NCBI RefSeq assembly: GCF_009914755.1
Contig: NC_060942.1
Source: the human T2T-CHM13v2.0 reference genome, Homo sapiens
Length of the DNA: 64,000 bases
Direction: 5' to 3' (one strand)
Position numbers and translations under genes: made by a program
Part shown: one piece after another, positions 52,364 to 64,000 of the stretch
Position numbering within the stretch: position 1 is the stretch's first letter
How the letters are laid out: every line of letters starts with the position of its first letter
The notes under the pieces: generated by a model
The model's database searches: none
The model's input: the letters and a program-made list of their open reading frames with translations, nothing else
Told to the model about the DNA's origin: nothing

Positions 52364-55300
52364 CATTCTCAGAAACTTGTTTATGCTGTATCTACTCAAC
52401 TAACAAAGTTGAACATTTCTTTTGATAGAGCAGTTTTGAAATGCTCTTTTTGTGGAATCTGCAAGTGGATATTTGGCTAGTTTTGAGGATTTCGTTGGAA
52501 GCGGGAATTCATACAAATTGCAGACTGCAGCGTTCTGAGAAACATCTTTGTGATGTTTGTATTCAGGACAGAGAGTTGAACATTCCCTATCATAGAGCAG
52601 GTTGGAATCACTCCTTTTGTAGTATCTGGAAGTGGACATTTGGAGCGCTTTCAGGCCTATGTTGAAAAAGGAAATATCTTCCCATAACAACTAGACACAA
52701 GCATTCTCAGAAACTTGTTTGTGATGTGTGCCCTCTACTGACAGAGTTGAACCTTTCTTTTCATAGAGCAGTTTTGAAACACTCTTTTTGTAGAATCTGC
52801 AAGAGGATATTTGCATAGCTTTGAGGATTACGTGGGAAACGGGATTGTCTTCAGGTAAAATCTAGACAGAAGCATTCTCAGAAACTTCTTTGGGATGTTT
52901 GCATTCAAGTCACAGAGTAGAACATTCCCTTTGGTAGAGTAGGTTTGAAACACTCTTTTTGTAGTATTTGGAAGTGGACATTTGGAGCGCTTTCAGGCCT
53001 ATGTTGGAAAGGGAAATATCTTCCCGTAACAACTAGGCAGAAGCATTCTCAGAAACTTATTTGAGATGTGTGTACTCAACTAAGAGAATTGAATCACCGT
53101 TTTGAAGGAGCAGTTTTGAAACACTCTTTTTCTGGAATCTGCAAGAGGATATTTGCCTAGCCTTGAGGATTTCGTTGGAAACGGGATTGTCTTCAGATCA
53201 AATCTAGACAGAAGCATTCTCAGAAACTTCTTTGGGATGTTTGCATTCAAGTCACAGAGTAGAACATTCCCTTTGGTAGAGCAGGTTTGAAACACTCTTT
53301 TTTTAGTATATGGAAGTGTACATTTGGAGCGCTTTCAGGCCTACGTTGGAAAAGGAAATATCTTCCCATAACAACTAGACAGAAGCATTCTCAGAAACTA
53401 GTTTCTGATGTGTGTCCTCAACTAACACAGTTGAACATTTCTTTAGACAGAACAGTTTTGAAACACTCTTTTTGTGGAATCTGCAAGTGGCTATTTGGCT
53501 AGATTTGAGGATTTCGTTGGAAACGGGATTACATATAAAAAGCAGACAGCAGCATTCTCAGAAAGTTCTTTGTGATGATTGCATTCAAGTCACAGAATTG
53601 AACATTCCCTTTCACAGAGCAGGTTTGAAACACTCTTTTTGTAGTGTGTGTAAGTGGACATTTGGAGCACTTTCCGGCCTAAGGTGAAAAAGGAAATATC
53701 TTCCCATAAAAACTAGACAGAAGCATTCTCAGAAACTTACTCGTGATGTGTGTCCTCAACTAAAGGAGTAGAACCTTTGTTTTCATAGAGAAGTTTGGAA
53801 ACGTTCTTTTTGTGGAATCTGCAAGTGGATATTTGGCTAGTTTGGAGGATTTCGTTGGAAGCGGGAATTCATACAAATTGCAGACTGCAGCGTTCTGAGA
53901 AACATCTTTGTGATGTTTGTATTCAGGACACAGAGTTGAACATTCCCTATCATAGAGCAGGTTGGAATCACTCCTTTTGTAGTATCTGGAAGTGGACATT
54001 TGGAGCGCTTTCAGGCCTATGTTGGAAAAGGAAATATCTTCCCATAACAACTAGACAGAAGCATTCTCAGAAACTTATTTGAGATGTGTGTACTCAACTA
54101 AGAGAATTGAACCACCGTTTTGAAGGAGCAGTTTTGAAACACTCTTTTTCTGGAATCTGCAAGTGGATATTTGGCTAGCTTTGGGGATTTCGCTGGAAGC
54201 GGGAATACATATAAAAAGCACACAGCAGCGTTCTGAGAAACTGCTTTCTGATGTTTGCATTCAAGTCAAAAGTTGAACACTCCCTTTCATAGAGCAGTCC
54301 TGAAACACTCCTTTTGTAGTATCTGGAACTGGACTTTTGGAGCGCTTTCAGGGCTAAGGTGAAAAAGGAAATATCTTCCCATAAAAACTGGACAGAAGCA
54401 TTCTCAGAAACTTGTTTATGCTGTATCTACTCTACTAACAAAGTTGAACCTTTCTTTTGATAGAGCAGTTTTGAAATGCTCTTTTTGTGGAATCTGCAAG
54501 TGGATATTTGGCTAGTTTTGAGGATTTCGTTGGAAGCGGGAATTCATACAAATTGCAGACTGCAGCGTTCTGAGAAACATCTTTGTGATGTTTGTATTCA
54601 GGACAGAGAGTTGAACATTCCCTATCATAGAGCAGGTTGGAATCACTCCTTTTGTAGTATCTGGAAGTGGACATTTGGAGCGCTTTCAGGCCTATGTTGA
54701 AAAAGGAAATATCTTCCCATAACAACTAGACACAAGCATTCTCAGAAACTTGTTTGTGATGTGTGCCCTCTACTGACAGAGTTGAACCTTTCTTTTCATA
54801 GAGCAGTTTTGAAACACTCTTTTTGTAGAATCTGCAAGAGGATATTTGCATAGCTTTGAGGTATTCGTGGGAAACGGGATTGTCTTCAGGTAAAATCTAG
54901 ACAGAAGCATTCTCAGAAACTTCTTTGGGATGTTTGCATTCAAGTCACAGAGTAGAACATTCCCTTTGGTAGAGCAGGTTTGAAACACTCTTTTTGTAGT
55001 ATCTGGAAGTGGACATTTGGAGCGCTTTCAGGCCTATGTTGGAAAGGGAAATATCTTCCCGTAACAACTAGGCAGAAGCATTCTCAGAAACTTATTTGAG
55101 ATGTGTGTACTCAACTAAGAGAATTGAATCACCGTTTTGAAGGAGCAGTTTTGAAACACTCTTTTTCTGGAATCTGCAAGAGGATATTTGCCTAGCCTTG
55201 AGGATTTCGTTGGAAACGGGATTGTCTTCAGATCAAATCTAGACAGAAGCATTTTCAGAAACTTCTTTGGGATGTTTGCATTCAAGTCACGGAGTAGAAC

Positions 55301-58300
55301 ATTCCCTTTGGTAGAGCAGGTTTGAAACACTCTTTTTTTAGTATATGGAAGTGGACATTTGGAGCGCTTTCAGGCCTACGTTGGAAAAGGAAATATCTTC
55401 CCATAACAACTAGACAGAAGCATTCTCAGAAACTAGTTTCTGATGTGTGTCCTCAACTAACACAGTTGAACATTTCTTTAGACAGAACAGTTTTGAAACA
55501 CTCTTTTTGTGGAATCTGCAAGTGGCTATTTGGCTAGATTTGAGGATTTCGTTGGAAACGGGATTACATATAAAAAGCAGACAGCAGCATTCTCAGAAAG
55601 TTCTTTGTGATGATTGCATTCAAGTCACAGAATTGAACATTCCCTTTCACAGAGCAGGTTTGAAACACTCTTTTTATAGTGTGTGTAAGTGGACATTTGG
55701 AGCACTTTCCGGCCTAAGGTGAAAAAGGAAATATCTTCCCATAAAAACTAGACAGAAGCATTCTCAGAAACTTACTCGTGATGTGTGTCCTCAACTAAAG
55801 GAGTAGAACCTTTCTTTTCATAGAGAAGTTTTGAAACGCTCTTTTTGTGGAATCTGCAAGTGGATATTTGGCTAGTTTGGAGGATTTCGTTGGAAGCGGG
55901 AATTCATACAAATTGCAGACTGCAGCGTTCTGAGAAACATCTTTGTGATGTTTGTATTCAGGACACAGAGTTGAACATTCCCTATCATAGAGCAGGTTTG
56001 AATCACTCCTTTTGTAGTATCTGGAAGTGGACATTTGGAGCGCTTTCAGGCCTATGTTGGAAAAGGAAATATCTTCTCATAACAACTAGACAGAAGCATT
56101 CTCAGAAACTTATTTGAGATGTGTGTACTCAACTAAGAGAATTGAACCACCGTTTTGAAGGAGCAGTTTTGAAACACTCTTTTTCTGGAATCTGCAAGTG
56201 GATATTTGGCTAGCTTTGGGGATTTCGCTGGAGGCCGGAATACATATAAAAAGCACACAGCAGCGTTCTGAGAAACTGCTTTCTGATGTTTGCATTCAAG
56301 TCAAAAGTTGAACACTCCCTTTCATAGAGCAGTCCTGAAACACTCCTTTTGTAGTATCTGGAACTGGACTTTTGGAGCGCTTTCAGGGCTAAGGTGAAAA
56401 AGGAAATATCTTCACATAAAAACTGGACAGAAGCATTCTCAGAAACTTGTTTATGCTGTATCTACTCAACTAACAAAGTTGAACCTTTCTTTTGATAGAG
56501 CAGTTTTGAAATGCTCTTTTTGTGGAATCTGCAAGTGGATATTTGGCTAGTTTTGAGGATTTCGTTGGAAGCTGGAATTCATACAAATTGCAGACTGCAG
56601 CGTTCTGAGAAACATCTTTGTGATGTTTGTATTCAGGACAGAGTTGAACATTCCCTATCATAGAGCAGGTTGGAATCACTCCTTTTGTAGTATCTGGAAG
56701 TGGACATTTGGAGCGCTTTCAGGCCTATGTTGAAAAAGGAAATATCTTCCCATAACAACTAGACACAAGCATTCTCAGAAACTTGTTTGTGATGTGTGCC
56801 CTCTACTGACAGATTTGAACCTTTCTTTTCATAGAGCAGTTTTGAAACACTCTTTTTGTAGAATCTGCAAGAGGATATTTGCATAGCTTTGAGGATTTCG
56901 TGGGAAACGGGATTGTCTTCAGGTTAAATCTGGACAGAAGCATTCTCAGAAACTTCTTTGGGATGTTTGCATTCAAGTCACAGAGTAGAACATTCCCTTT
57001 GGTAGAGCAGGTTTGAAACACTCTTTTTGTAGTATCTGGAAGTGGACATTTGGAGCGCTTTCAGGCCTATGTTGGAAAGGGAAATATCTTCCCGTAACAA
57101 CTAGGCAGAAGCATTCTCAGAAACTTATTTGAGATGTGTGTACTCAACTAAGAGAATTGAACCACCGTTTTGAAGGAGCAGTTTTGAAACACTCTTTTTC
57201 TGGAATCTGCAAGAGGATATTTGCCTAGCCTTGAGGATTTCGTTGGAAACGGGATTTTCTTCAGATCAAATCTAGACAGAAGCATTCTCAGAAACTTCTT
57301 TGGGATGTTTGCATTCAAGTCACAGAGTAGAACATTCCCTTTGGTAGAGCAGGTTTGAAACACTCTTTTTTTAGTATATGGAAGTGGACATTTGGAGCGC
57401 TTTCAGGCCTACGTTGGAAAAGGAAATATCTTCCCATAACAACTAGACAGAAGCATTCTCAGAAACTAGTTCCTGATGTGTGTCCTCAACTAACACAGTT
57501 GAACATTTCTTTAGACAGAACAGTTTTGAAACTCTCTTTTTCTGGAATCTGCAAGTGGCTATTTGGCTAGATTTGAGGATTTCGTTGGAAACGGGATTAC
57601 ATATAAAAAGCAGACAGCAGCATTCTCAGAACGTTCTTTGTGATGATTGCATTCAAGTCACAGAATTGAACATTCCCTTTCACAGAGCAGGTTTGAAACA
57701 CTCTTTTTGTAGTGTGTGTAAGTGGACATTTGGAGCACTTTCCGGCCTAAGGTGAAAAAAGAAATATCTTCCCATAAAAACTAGACAGAAGCATTCTCAG
57801 AAACTTACTCGTGATGTGTGTCCTCAACTAAAGGAGTAGAACCTTTCTTTTCATAGAGAAGTTTTGAAACGCTCTTTTTGTGGAATCTGCAAGTGGATAT
57901 TTGGCTAGTTTGGAGGATTTCGTTGGAAGCGGGAATTCATACAAATTGCAGACTGCAGCTTTCTGAGAAACATCTTTGTGATGTTTGTATTCAGGACACA
58001 GAGTTGAACATTCCCTATCATAGAGCAGGTTTGAATCACTCCTTTTGTAGTATCTGGAAGTGGACATTTGGAGCGCTTTCAAGCCTATGTTGGAAAAGGA
58101 AATATCTTCCCATAACAACTAGACAGAAGCATTCTCAGAAACTTATTTGAGATGTGTGTACTCAACTAAGAGAATTGAACCACCGTTTTGAAGGAGCAGT
58201 TTTGAAACACTCTTTTTCTGGAATCTGCAAGTGGATATTTGGCTAGCTTTGGGGATTTCGCTGGAAGCGGGAATACATATAAAAAGCCCACAGCAGCGTT

Positions 58301-60501
58301 CTGAGAAACTGCTTTCTGATGTTTGCATTCAAGTCAAAAGTTGAACACTCCCTTTCATAGTGCAGTCCTGAAACACTCCTTTTGTAGTATCTGGAACTGG
58401 ACTTTTGGAGCGCTTTCAGGGCTAAGGTGAAAAAGGAAATATCTTCCCATAAAAACTGGACAGAAGCATTCTCAGAAACTTGTTTATGCTGTATCTACTC
58501 AACTAACAAAGTTGAACCTTTCTTTTGATAGAGCAGTTTTGAAATGCTCTTTTTGTGGAATCTGCAAGTGGATATTTGGCTAGTTTTGAGGATTTCGTTG
58601 GAAGCGGGAATTCATACAAATTGCAGACTGCAGCGTTCTGAGAAACATCTTTGTGATGTTTGTATTCAGGACAGAGAGTTGAACATTCCCTATCATAGAG
58701 CAGGTTGGAATCACTCCTTTTGTAGTATCTGGAAGTGGACATTTGGAGCGCTTTCAGGCCTATGTTGAAAAAGGAAATATCTTCCCATAACAACTAGACA
58801 CAAGCATTCTCAGAAACTTGTTTGTGATGTGTGCCCTCTAGTGACAGAGTTGAACCTTTCTTTTCAAAGAGCAGTTTTGAAACACTCTTTTTGTAGAATC
58901 TGCAAGAGGATATTTGCATAGCTTTGAGGATTTCGTGGGAAACGGGATTGTCTTCAGGTAAAATCTAGACAGAAGCATTCTCAGAAACTTCTTTGGGATG
59001 TTTGCATTCAAGTCACAGAGTAGAACATTCCCTTTGGTAGAGCAGGTTTGAAACACTCTTTTTGTAGTATCCGGAAGTGGACATTTGGAGCGCTTTCAGG
59101 CCTATGTTGGAAAGGGAAATATCTTCCCGTAACAACTAGGCAGAAGCATTCTCAGAAACTTATTTGAGATGTGTGTACTCAACTAAGAGAATTGAACCAC
59201 CGTTTTGAAGGAGCAGTTTTGAAACACTCTTTTTCTGGAATCTGCAAGAGGATATTTGCCTAGCCTTGAGGATTTCGTTGGAAACGGGATTGTCTTCAGA
59301 TCAAATCTAGACAGAAGCATTCTCAGAAACTTCTTTGGGATGTTTGCATTCAAGTCACAGAGTAGAACATTCCCTTTGGTAGAGCAGGTTTGAAACACTC
59401 TTTTTTTAGTATATGGAAGTGGACATTTGGAGCGCTTTCAGGCCTACGTTGGAAAAGGAAATATCTTCCCATAACAACTAGACAGAAGCATTCTCAGAAA
59501 CTAGTTTCTGATGTGTGTCCTCAACTAACACAGTTGAACATTTCTTTAGACAGAACAGTTTTGAAACTCTCTTTTTGTGGAATCTGCAAGTGGCTATTTG
59601 GCTAGATTTGAGGATTTCGTTGGAAACGGGATTACATATAAAAAGCAGACAGCAGCATTCTCAGAAAGTTCTTTGTGATGATTGCATTCAAGTCACAGAA
59701 TTGAACATTCCCTTTCACAGAGCAGGTTTGAAACACTCTTTTTGTAGTGTGTGTAAGTGGACATTTGGAGCACTTTCCGGCCTAAGGTGAAAAAGGAAAT
59801 ATCTTCCCATAAAAACTAGACAGAAGCATTCTCAGAAACTTACTCGTGATGTGTGTCCTCAACTTAAGGAGTAGAACCTTTGTTTTCATAGAGAAGTTTT
59901 GAAACGCTCTTTTTGTGGAATCTGCAAGTGGATATTTGGCTAGTTTTGAGGATTTCGTTGGAAGCGGGAATTCATACAAATTGCAGACTGCAGCGTTCTG
60001 AGAAACATCTTTGTGATGTTTGTATTCAGGACACAGAGTTGAACATTCCCTATCATAGAGCAGGTTGGAATCACTCCTTTTGTAGTATCTGGAAGTGGAC
60101 ATTTGGAGCGCTTTCCGGCCTATGTTGGAAAAGGAAATATCTTCCCATAACAACTAGACAGAAGCATTCTCAGAAACTTATTTGAGATGTGTGTACTCAA
60201 CTAAGAGAATTGAACCACCGTTTTGAAGGAGCAGTTTTGAAACACTCTTTTTCTGGAATCTGCAAGTGGATATTTGGCTAGCTTTGGGGATTTCGCTGGA
60301 AGCGGGAATACATATAAAAAGCACACAGCAGCGTTCTGAGAAACTGCTTTCTGATGTTTGCATTCAAGTCAAAAGTTGAACACTCCCTTTCATAGAGCAG
60401 TCCTGAAACACTCCTTTTGTAGTATCTGGAACTGGATTTTTGGAGCGCTTTCAGGGCTAAGGTGAAAAAGGAAATATCTTCCCATAAAAACTGGACAGAA
60501 G
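52364..60501 (+). repeat. Four 12-mer HORs (one is 2033 bp), rich in private SNVs
   Basis: Marker ORFs at 52400, 54435, 56470, 58503, 60538; 2-bp deletion at ~56640. Confidence 0.9.
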
Positions 60502-62878
60502 CATTCTCAGAAACTTGTTTATGCTGTATCTACTCAACTAACAAAGTTGAACCTTTCTTTTCATAGAGCAGTTTTGAAATGCTCTTTTTGTGGAATCTGC
60601 AAGTGGATATTTGGCTAGTTTTGAGGATTTCGCTGGAAGCGGGAATTCATACAAATTGCAGACTGCAGCGTTCTGAGAAACATCTTTGTGATGTTTGTAT
60701 TCAGGACAGAGAGTTGAACATTCCCTATCATAGAGCAGGTTGGAATCACTCCTTTTGTAGTATCTGGAAGTGGACATTTGGAGCGCTTTCAGGCCTATGT
60801 TGAAAAAGGAAATATCTTCCCATAACAACTAGACACAAGCATTCTCAGAAACTTGTTTGTGATGTGTGCCCTCTAGTGACAGAGTTGAACCTTTCTTTTC
60901 ATAGAGCAGTTTTGAAACACTCTTTTTGTAGAATCTGCAAGAGGATATTTGCATAGCTTTGAGGATTTCGTGGGAAACGGGATTGTCTTCAGGTAAAATC
61001 TAGACAGAAGCATTCTCAGAAACTTCTTTGGGATGTTTGCATTCAAGTCACAGAGTAGAACATTCCCTTTGGTAGAGCAGGTTTGAAACACTCTTTTTGT
61101 AGTATCTGGAAGTGGACATTTGGAGCGCTTTCAGGCCTATGTTGGAAAGGGAAATATCTTCCCGTAACAACTAGGCAGAAGCATTCTCAGAAACTTATTT
61201 GAGATGTGTGTACTCAACTAAGAGAATTGAACCACCGTTTTGAAGGAGCAGTTTTGAAACACTCTTTTTCTGGAATCTGCAAGAGGATATTTGCCTAGCC
61301 TTGAGGATTTCGTTGGAAACGGGATTGTCTTCAGATCAAATCTAGACAGAAGCATTCTCAGAAACTTCTTTGGGATGTTTGCATTCAAGTCACAGAGTAG
61401 AACATTCCCTTTGGTAGAGCAGGTTTGAAACACTCTTTTTGTAGTATCTGGAAGTGGACATTTGGAGCGCTTTCAGGCCTATGTTGGAAAGGGAAATATC
61501 TTCCCGTAACAACTAGGCAGAAGCATTCTCAGAAACTTATTTGAGATGTGTGTACTCAACTAAGAGAATTGAACCACCGTTTTGAAGGAGCAGTTTTGAA
61601 ACACTCTTTTTCTGGAATCTGCAAGAGGATATTTGCCTAGCCTTGAGGATTTCGTTGGAAACGGGATTGTCTTCAGATCAAATCTAGACAGAAGCATTCT
61701 CAGAAACTTCTTTGGGATGTTTGCATTCAAGTCACAGAGTAGAACATTCCCTTTGGTTGAGCAGGTTTGAAACACTCTTTTTTTAGTATATGGAAGTGGA
61801 CATTTGGAGCGCTTTCAGGTCTACGTTGGAAAAGGAAATATCTTCCCATAACAACTAGACAGAAGCATTCTCAGAAACTAGTTTCTGATGTGTGTCCTCA
61901 ACTAACACAGTTGAACATTTCTTTAGACAGAACAGTTTTGAAACACTCTTTTTGTGGAATCTGCAAGTGGCTATTTGGCTAGATTTGAGGATTTCGTTGG
62001 AAACGGGATTACATATAAAAAGCAGACAGCAGCATTCTCAGAAAGTTCTTTGTGATGATTGCATTCAAGTCACAGAATTGAACATTCCCTTTCACAGAGC
62101 AGGTTTGAAACACTCTTTTTGTAGTGTGTGTAAGTGGACATTTGGAGCACTTTCCGGCCTAAGGTGAAAAAGGAAATATCTTCCCATAAAAACTAGACAG
62201 AAGCACTCTCAGAAACTTACTCGTGATGTGTGTCCTCAACTAAAGGAGTAGAACCTTTCTTTTCATAGAGAAGTTTTGAAACGCTCTTTTTGTGGAATCT
62301 GCAAGTGGATATTTGGCTAGTTTTGAGGATTTCGTTGGAAGCGGGAATTCATACAAATTGCAGACTGCAGCGTTCTGAGAAACATCTTTGTGATGTTTGT
62401 ATTCAGGACACAGAGTTGAACATTCCCTATCATAGAGCAGGTTTGAATCACTCCTTTTGTAGTATCTGGAAGTGGACATTTGGAGCGCTTTCAGGCCTAT
62501 GTTGGAAAAGGAAATATCTTCCCATAACAACTAGACAGAAGCATTCTCAGAAACTTATTTGAGATGTGTGTACTCAACTAAGAGAATTGAACCACCGTTT
62601 TGAAGGAGCAGTTTTGAAACACTCTTTTTCTGGAATCTGCAAGTGGATATTTGGCTAGCTTTGGGGATTTCGCTGGAAGCGGGAATACATATAAAAAGCA
62701 CACAGCAGCGTTCTGAGAAACTGCTTTCTGATGTTTGCATTCAAGTCAAAAGTTGAACACTCCCTTTCATAGAGCAGTCCTGAAACACTCCTTTTGTAGT
62801 ATCTGGAACTGGACTTTTGGAGCGCTTTCAGGGCTAAGGTGAAAAAGGAAATATCTTCCCATAAAAACTGGACAGAAG
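60502..62878 (+). repeat. 14-mer HOR variant (A-B-C-C-D-E-F, 2377 bp)
   Basis: Spacing 62915-60538=2377=2035+342; C ORFs at 61218 and 61560. Confidence 0.92.
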
Positions 62879-64000
62879 CATTCTCAGAAACTTGTTTATG
62901 CTGTATCTACTCAACTAACAAAGTTGAACCTTTCTTTTGATAGAGCAGTTTTGAAATGCTCTTTTTGTGGAATCTGCAAGTGGATATTTGGCTAGTTTTG
63001 AGGATTTCGCTGGAAGCGGGAATTCATACAAATTGCAGACTGCAGCGTTCTGAGAAACATCTTTGTGATGTTTGTATTCAGGACAGAGAGTTGAACATTC
63101 CCTATCATAGAGCAGGTTGGAATCACTCCTTTTGTAGTATCTGGAAGTGGACATTTGGAGCGCTTTCAGGCCTATGTTGAAAAAGGAAATATCTTCCCAT
63201 AACAACTAGACACAAGCATTCTCAGAAACTTGTTTGTGATGTGTGCCCTCTAGTGACAGAGTTGAACCTTTCTTTTCATAGAGCAGTTTTGAAACACTCT
63301 TTTTGTAGAATCTGCAAGAGGATATTTGCATAGCTTTGAGGATTTCGTGGGAAACGGGATTGTCTTCAGGTAAAATCTAGACAGAAGCATTCTCAGAAAC
63401 TTCTTTGGGATGTTTGCATTCAAGTCACAGAGTAGAACATTCCCTTTGGTAGAGCAGGTTTGAAACACTCTTTTTGTAGTATCTGGAAGTGGACATTTGG
63501 AGCGCTTTCAGGCCTATGTTGGAAAGGGAAATATCTTCCCGTAACAACTAGGCAGAAGCATTCTCAGAAACTTATTTGAGATGTGTGTACTCAACTAAGA
63601 GAATTGAACCACCGTTTTGAAGGAGCAGTTTTGAAACACTCTTTTTCTGGAATCTGCAAGAGGATATTTGCCTAGCCTTGAGGATTTCGTTGGAAACGGG
63701 ATTGTCTTCAGATCAAATCTAGACAGAAGCATTCTCAGAAACTTCTTTGGGATGTTTGCATTCAAGTCACAGAGTAGAACATTCCCTTTGGTAGAGCAGG
63801 TTTGAAACACTCTTTTTGTAGTATCTGGAAGTGGACATTTGGAGCGCTTTCAGGCCTATGTTGGAAAGGGAAATATCTTCCCGTAACAACTAGGCAGAAG
63901 CATTCTCAGAAACTTATTTGAGATGTGTGTACTCAACTAAGAGAATTGAACCACCGTTTTGAAGGAGCAGTTTTGAAACACTCTTTTTCTGGAATCTGCA
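62879..64000 (+). repeat. Start of a probable second 14-mer (A-B-C-C..., truncated by window end)
   Basis: After C the tail is B-type (tgtagtatctgg, cctatgttggaaaggg, cccgt, taggc) followed by a C/F-type start; shares the ttcgctgg A-box variant and agtgac with the preceding unit. Confidence 0.75.

Larger units (their letters stand above)
1..64000 (+). repeat. D18Z1: Alpha-satellite higher-order repeat array (centromeric), SF2-type dimeric organisation, probably human chr18 D18Z1
   Basis: ~171-bp monomers starting with CATTCTCAGAAAC/CGTTCTGAGAAAC-type motifs throughout. CENP-B box in every second monomer. Dominant 2035-bp period (marker ORFs at 5594, 7629, 9664, 11699, 13734; 22207-32382). 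EcoRI sites at 279, 1639, 2314 give 1360/675-bp fragments, matching my recollection of D18Z1 (1.36 and 0.68 kb). Alpha-satellite call is near certain; the chromosome assignment is from memory (~0.8). Confidence 0.95.

Noticed and set aside
174-63810. About 280 short ORFs (61-125 aa) on both strands, recurring with the HOR period
   Set aside because: They are chance open frames in satellite DNA. They overlap on opposite strands, resemble no protein family I recognise, lack gene structure, and are freely broken by SNVs and indels.
1-64000. CRISPR-like regular recurrence of short conserved motifs (cattctcagaaac, ggaaatatcttccc)
   Set aside because: The intervening sequences are homologous ~171-bp monomers, not unique spacers, and no cas genes are present.
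1-64000. Possible L1/Alu insertion, inversion or non-satellite island
   Set aside because: All spacings between marker ORFs are explained by 2035 +/- 342/675-bp modules and 1-5-bp indels. Boxes stay on the same strand throughout, and no poly-A tail or target-site duplication is visible.
1-64000. Claim that this window is the CENP-A/kinetochore site or a novel biological system
   Set aside because: Kinetochore position is epigenetic and cannot be read from sequence. The sequence class and HOR variation in general are well described; only the specific local events may be unreported.

Overview
The whole 64 kb window is one uninterrupted, single-orientation array of primate centromeric alpha-satellite DNA (~171-bp monomers). 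It has alternating CENP-B-box and pJalpha/A-box monomers (dimers of 337-342 bp), organised as a 12-monomer, 2035-bp higher-order repeat (HOR). I label its six dimers A-F. The 2035-bp 12-mer with EcoRI sites 1360 and 675 bp apart best fits the human chromosome 18 active array D18Z1 (suprachromosomal family 2); that assignment is from recall, not a search. I found no genes, RNA genes, transposon insertions, inversions or CRISPR arrays. All ORFs in the track are repeat-derived artefacts. I see no evidence of a new gene system. What merits attention is the array's internal evolution: (1) HOR structural variants forming reciprocal pairs (+/-675 bp: 16-mer/8-mer; +/-342 bp: 14-mer/10-mer) with breakpoints in internal homologies; (2) multi-kb duplications traceable by shared variants (offsets 2710, 16613, 9162 and 6785 bp); (3) a propagated haplotype lacking both a CENP-B box and an EcoRI site; (4) box-disrupting changes that all appear to be transversions; (5) a complex mutation that perfects a hairpin. 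Variants were read by eye and some may be missed.
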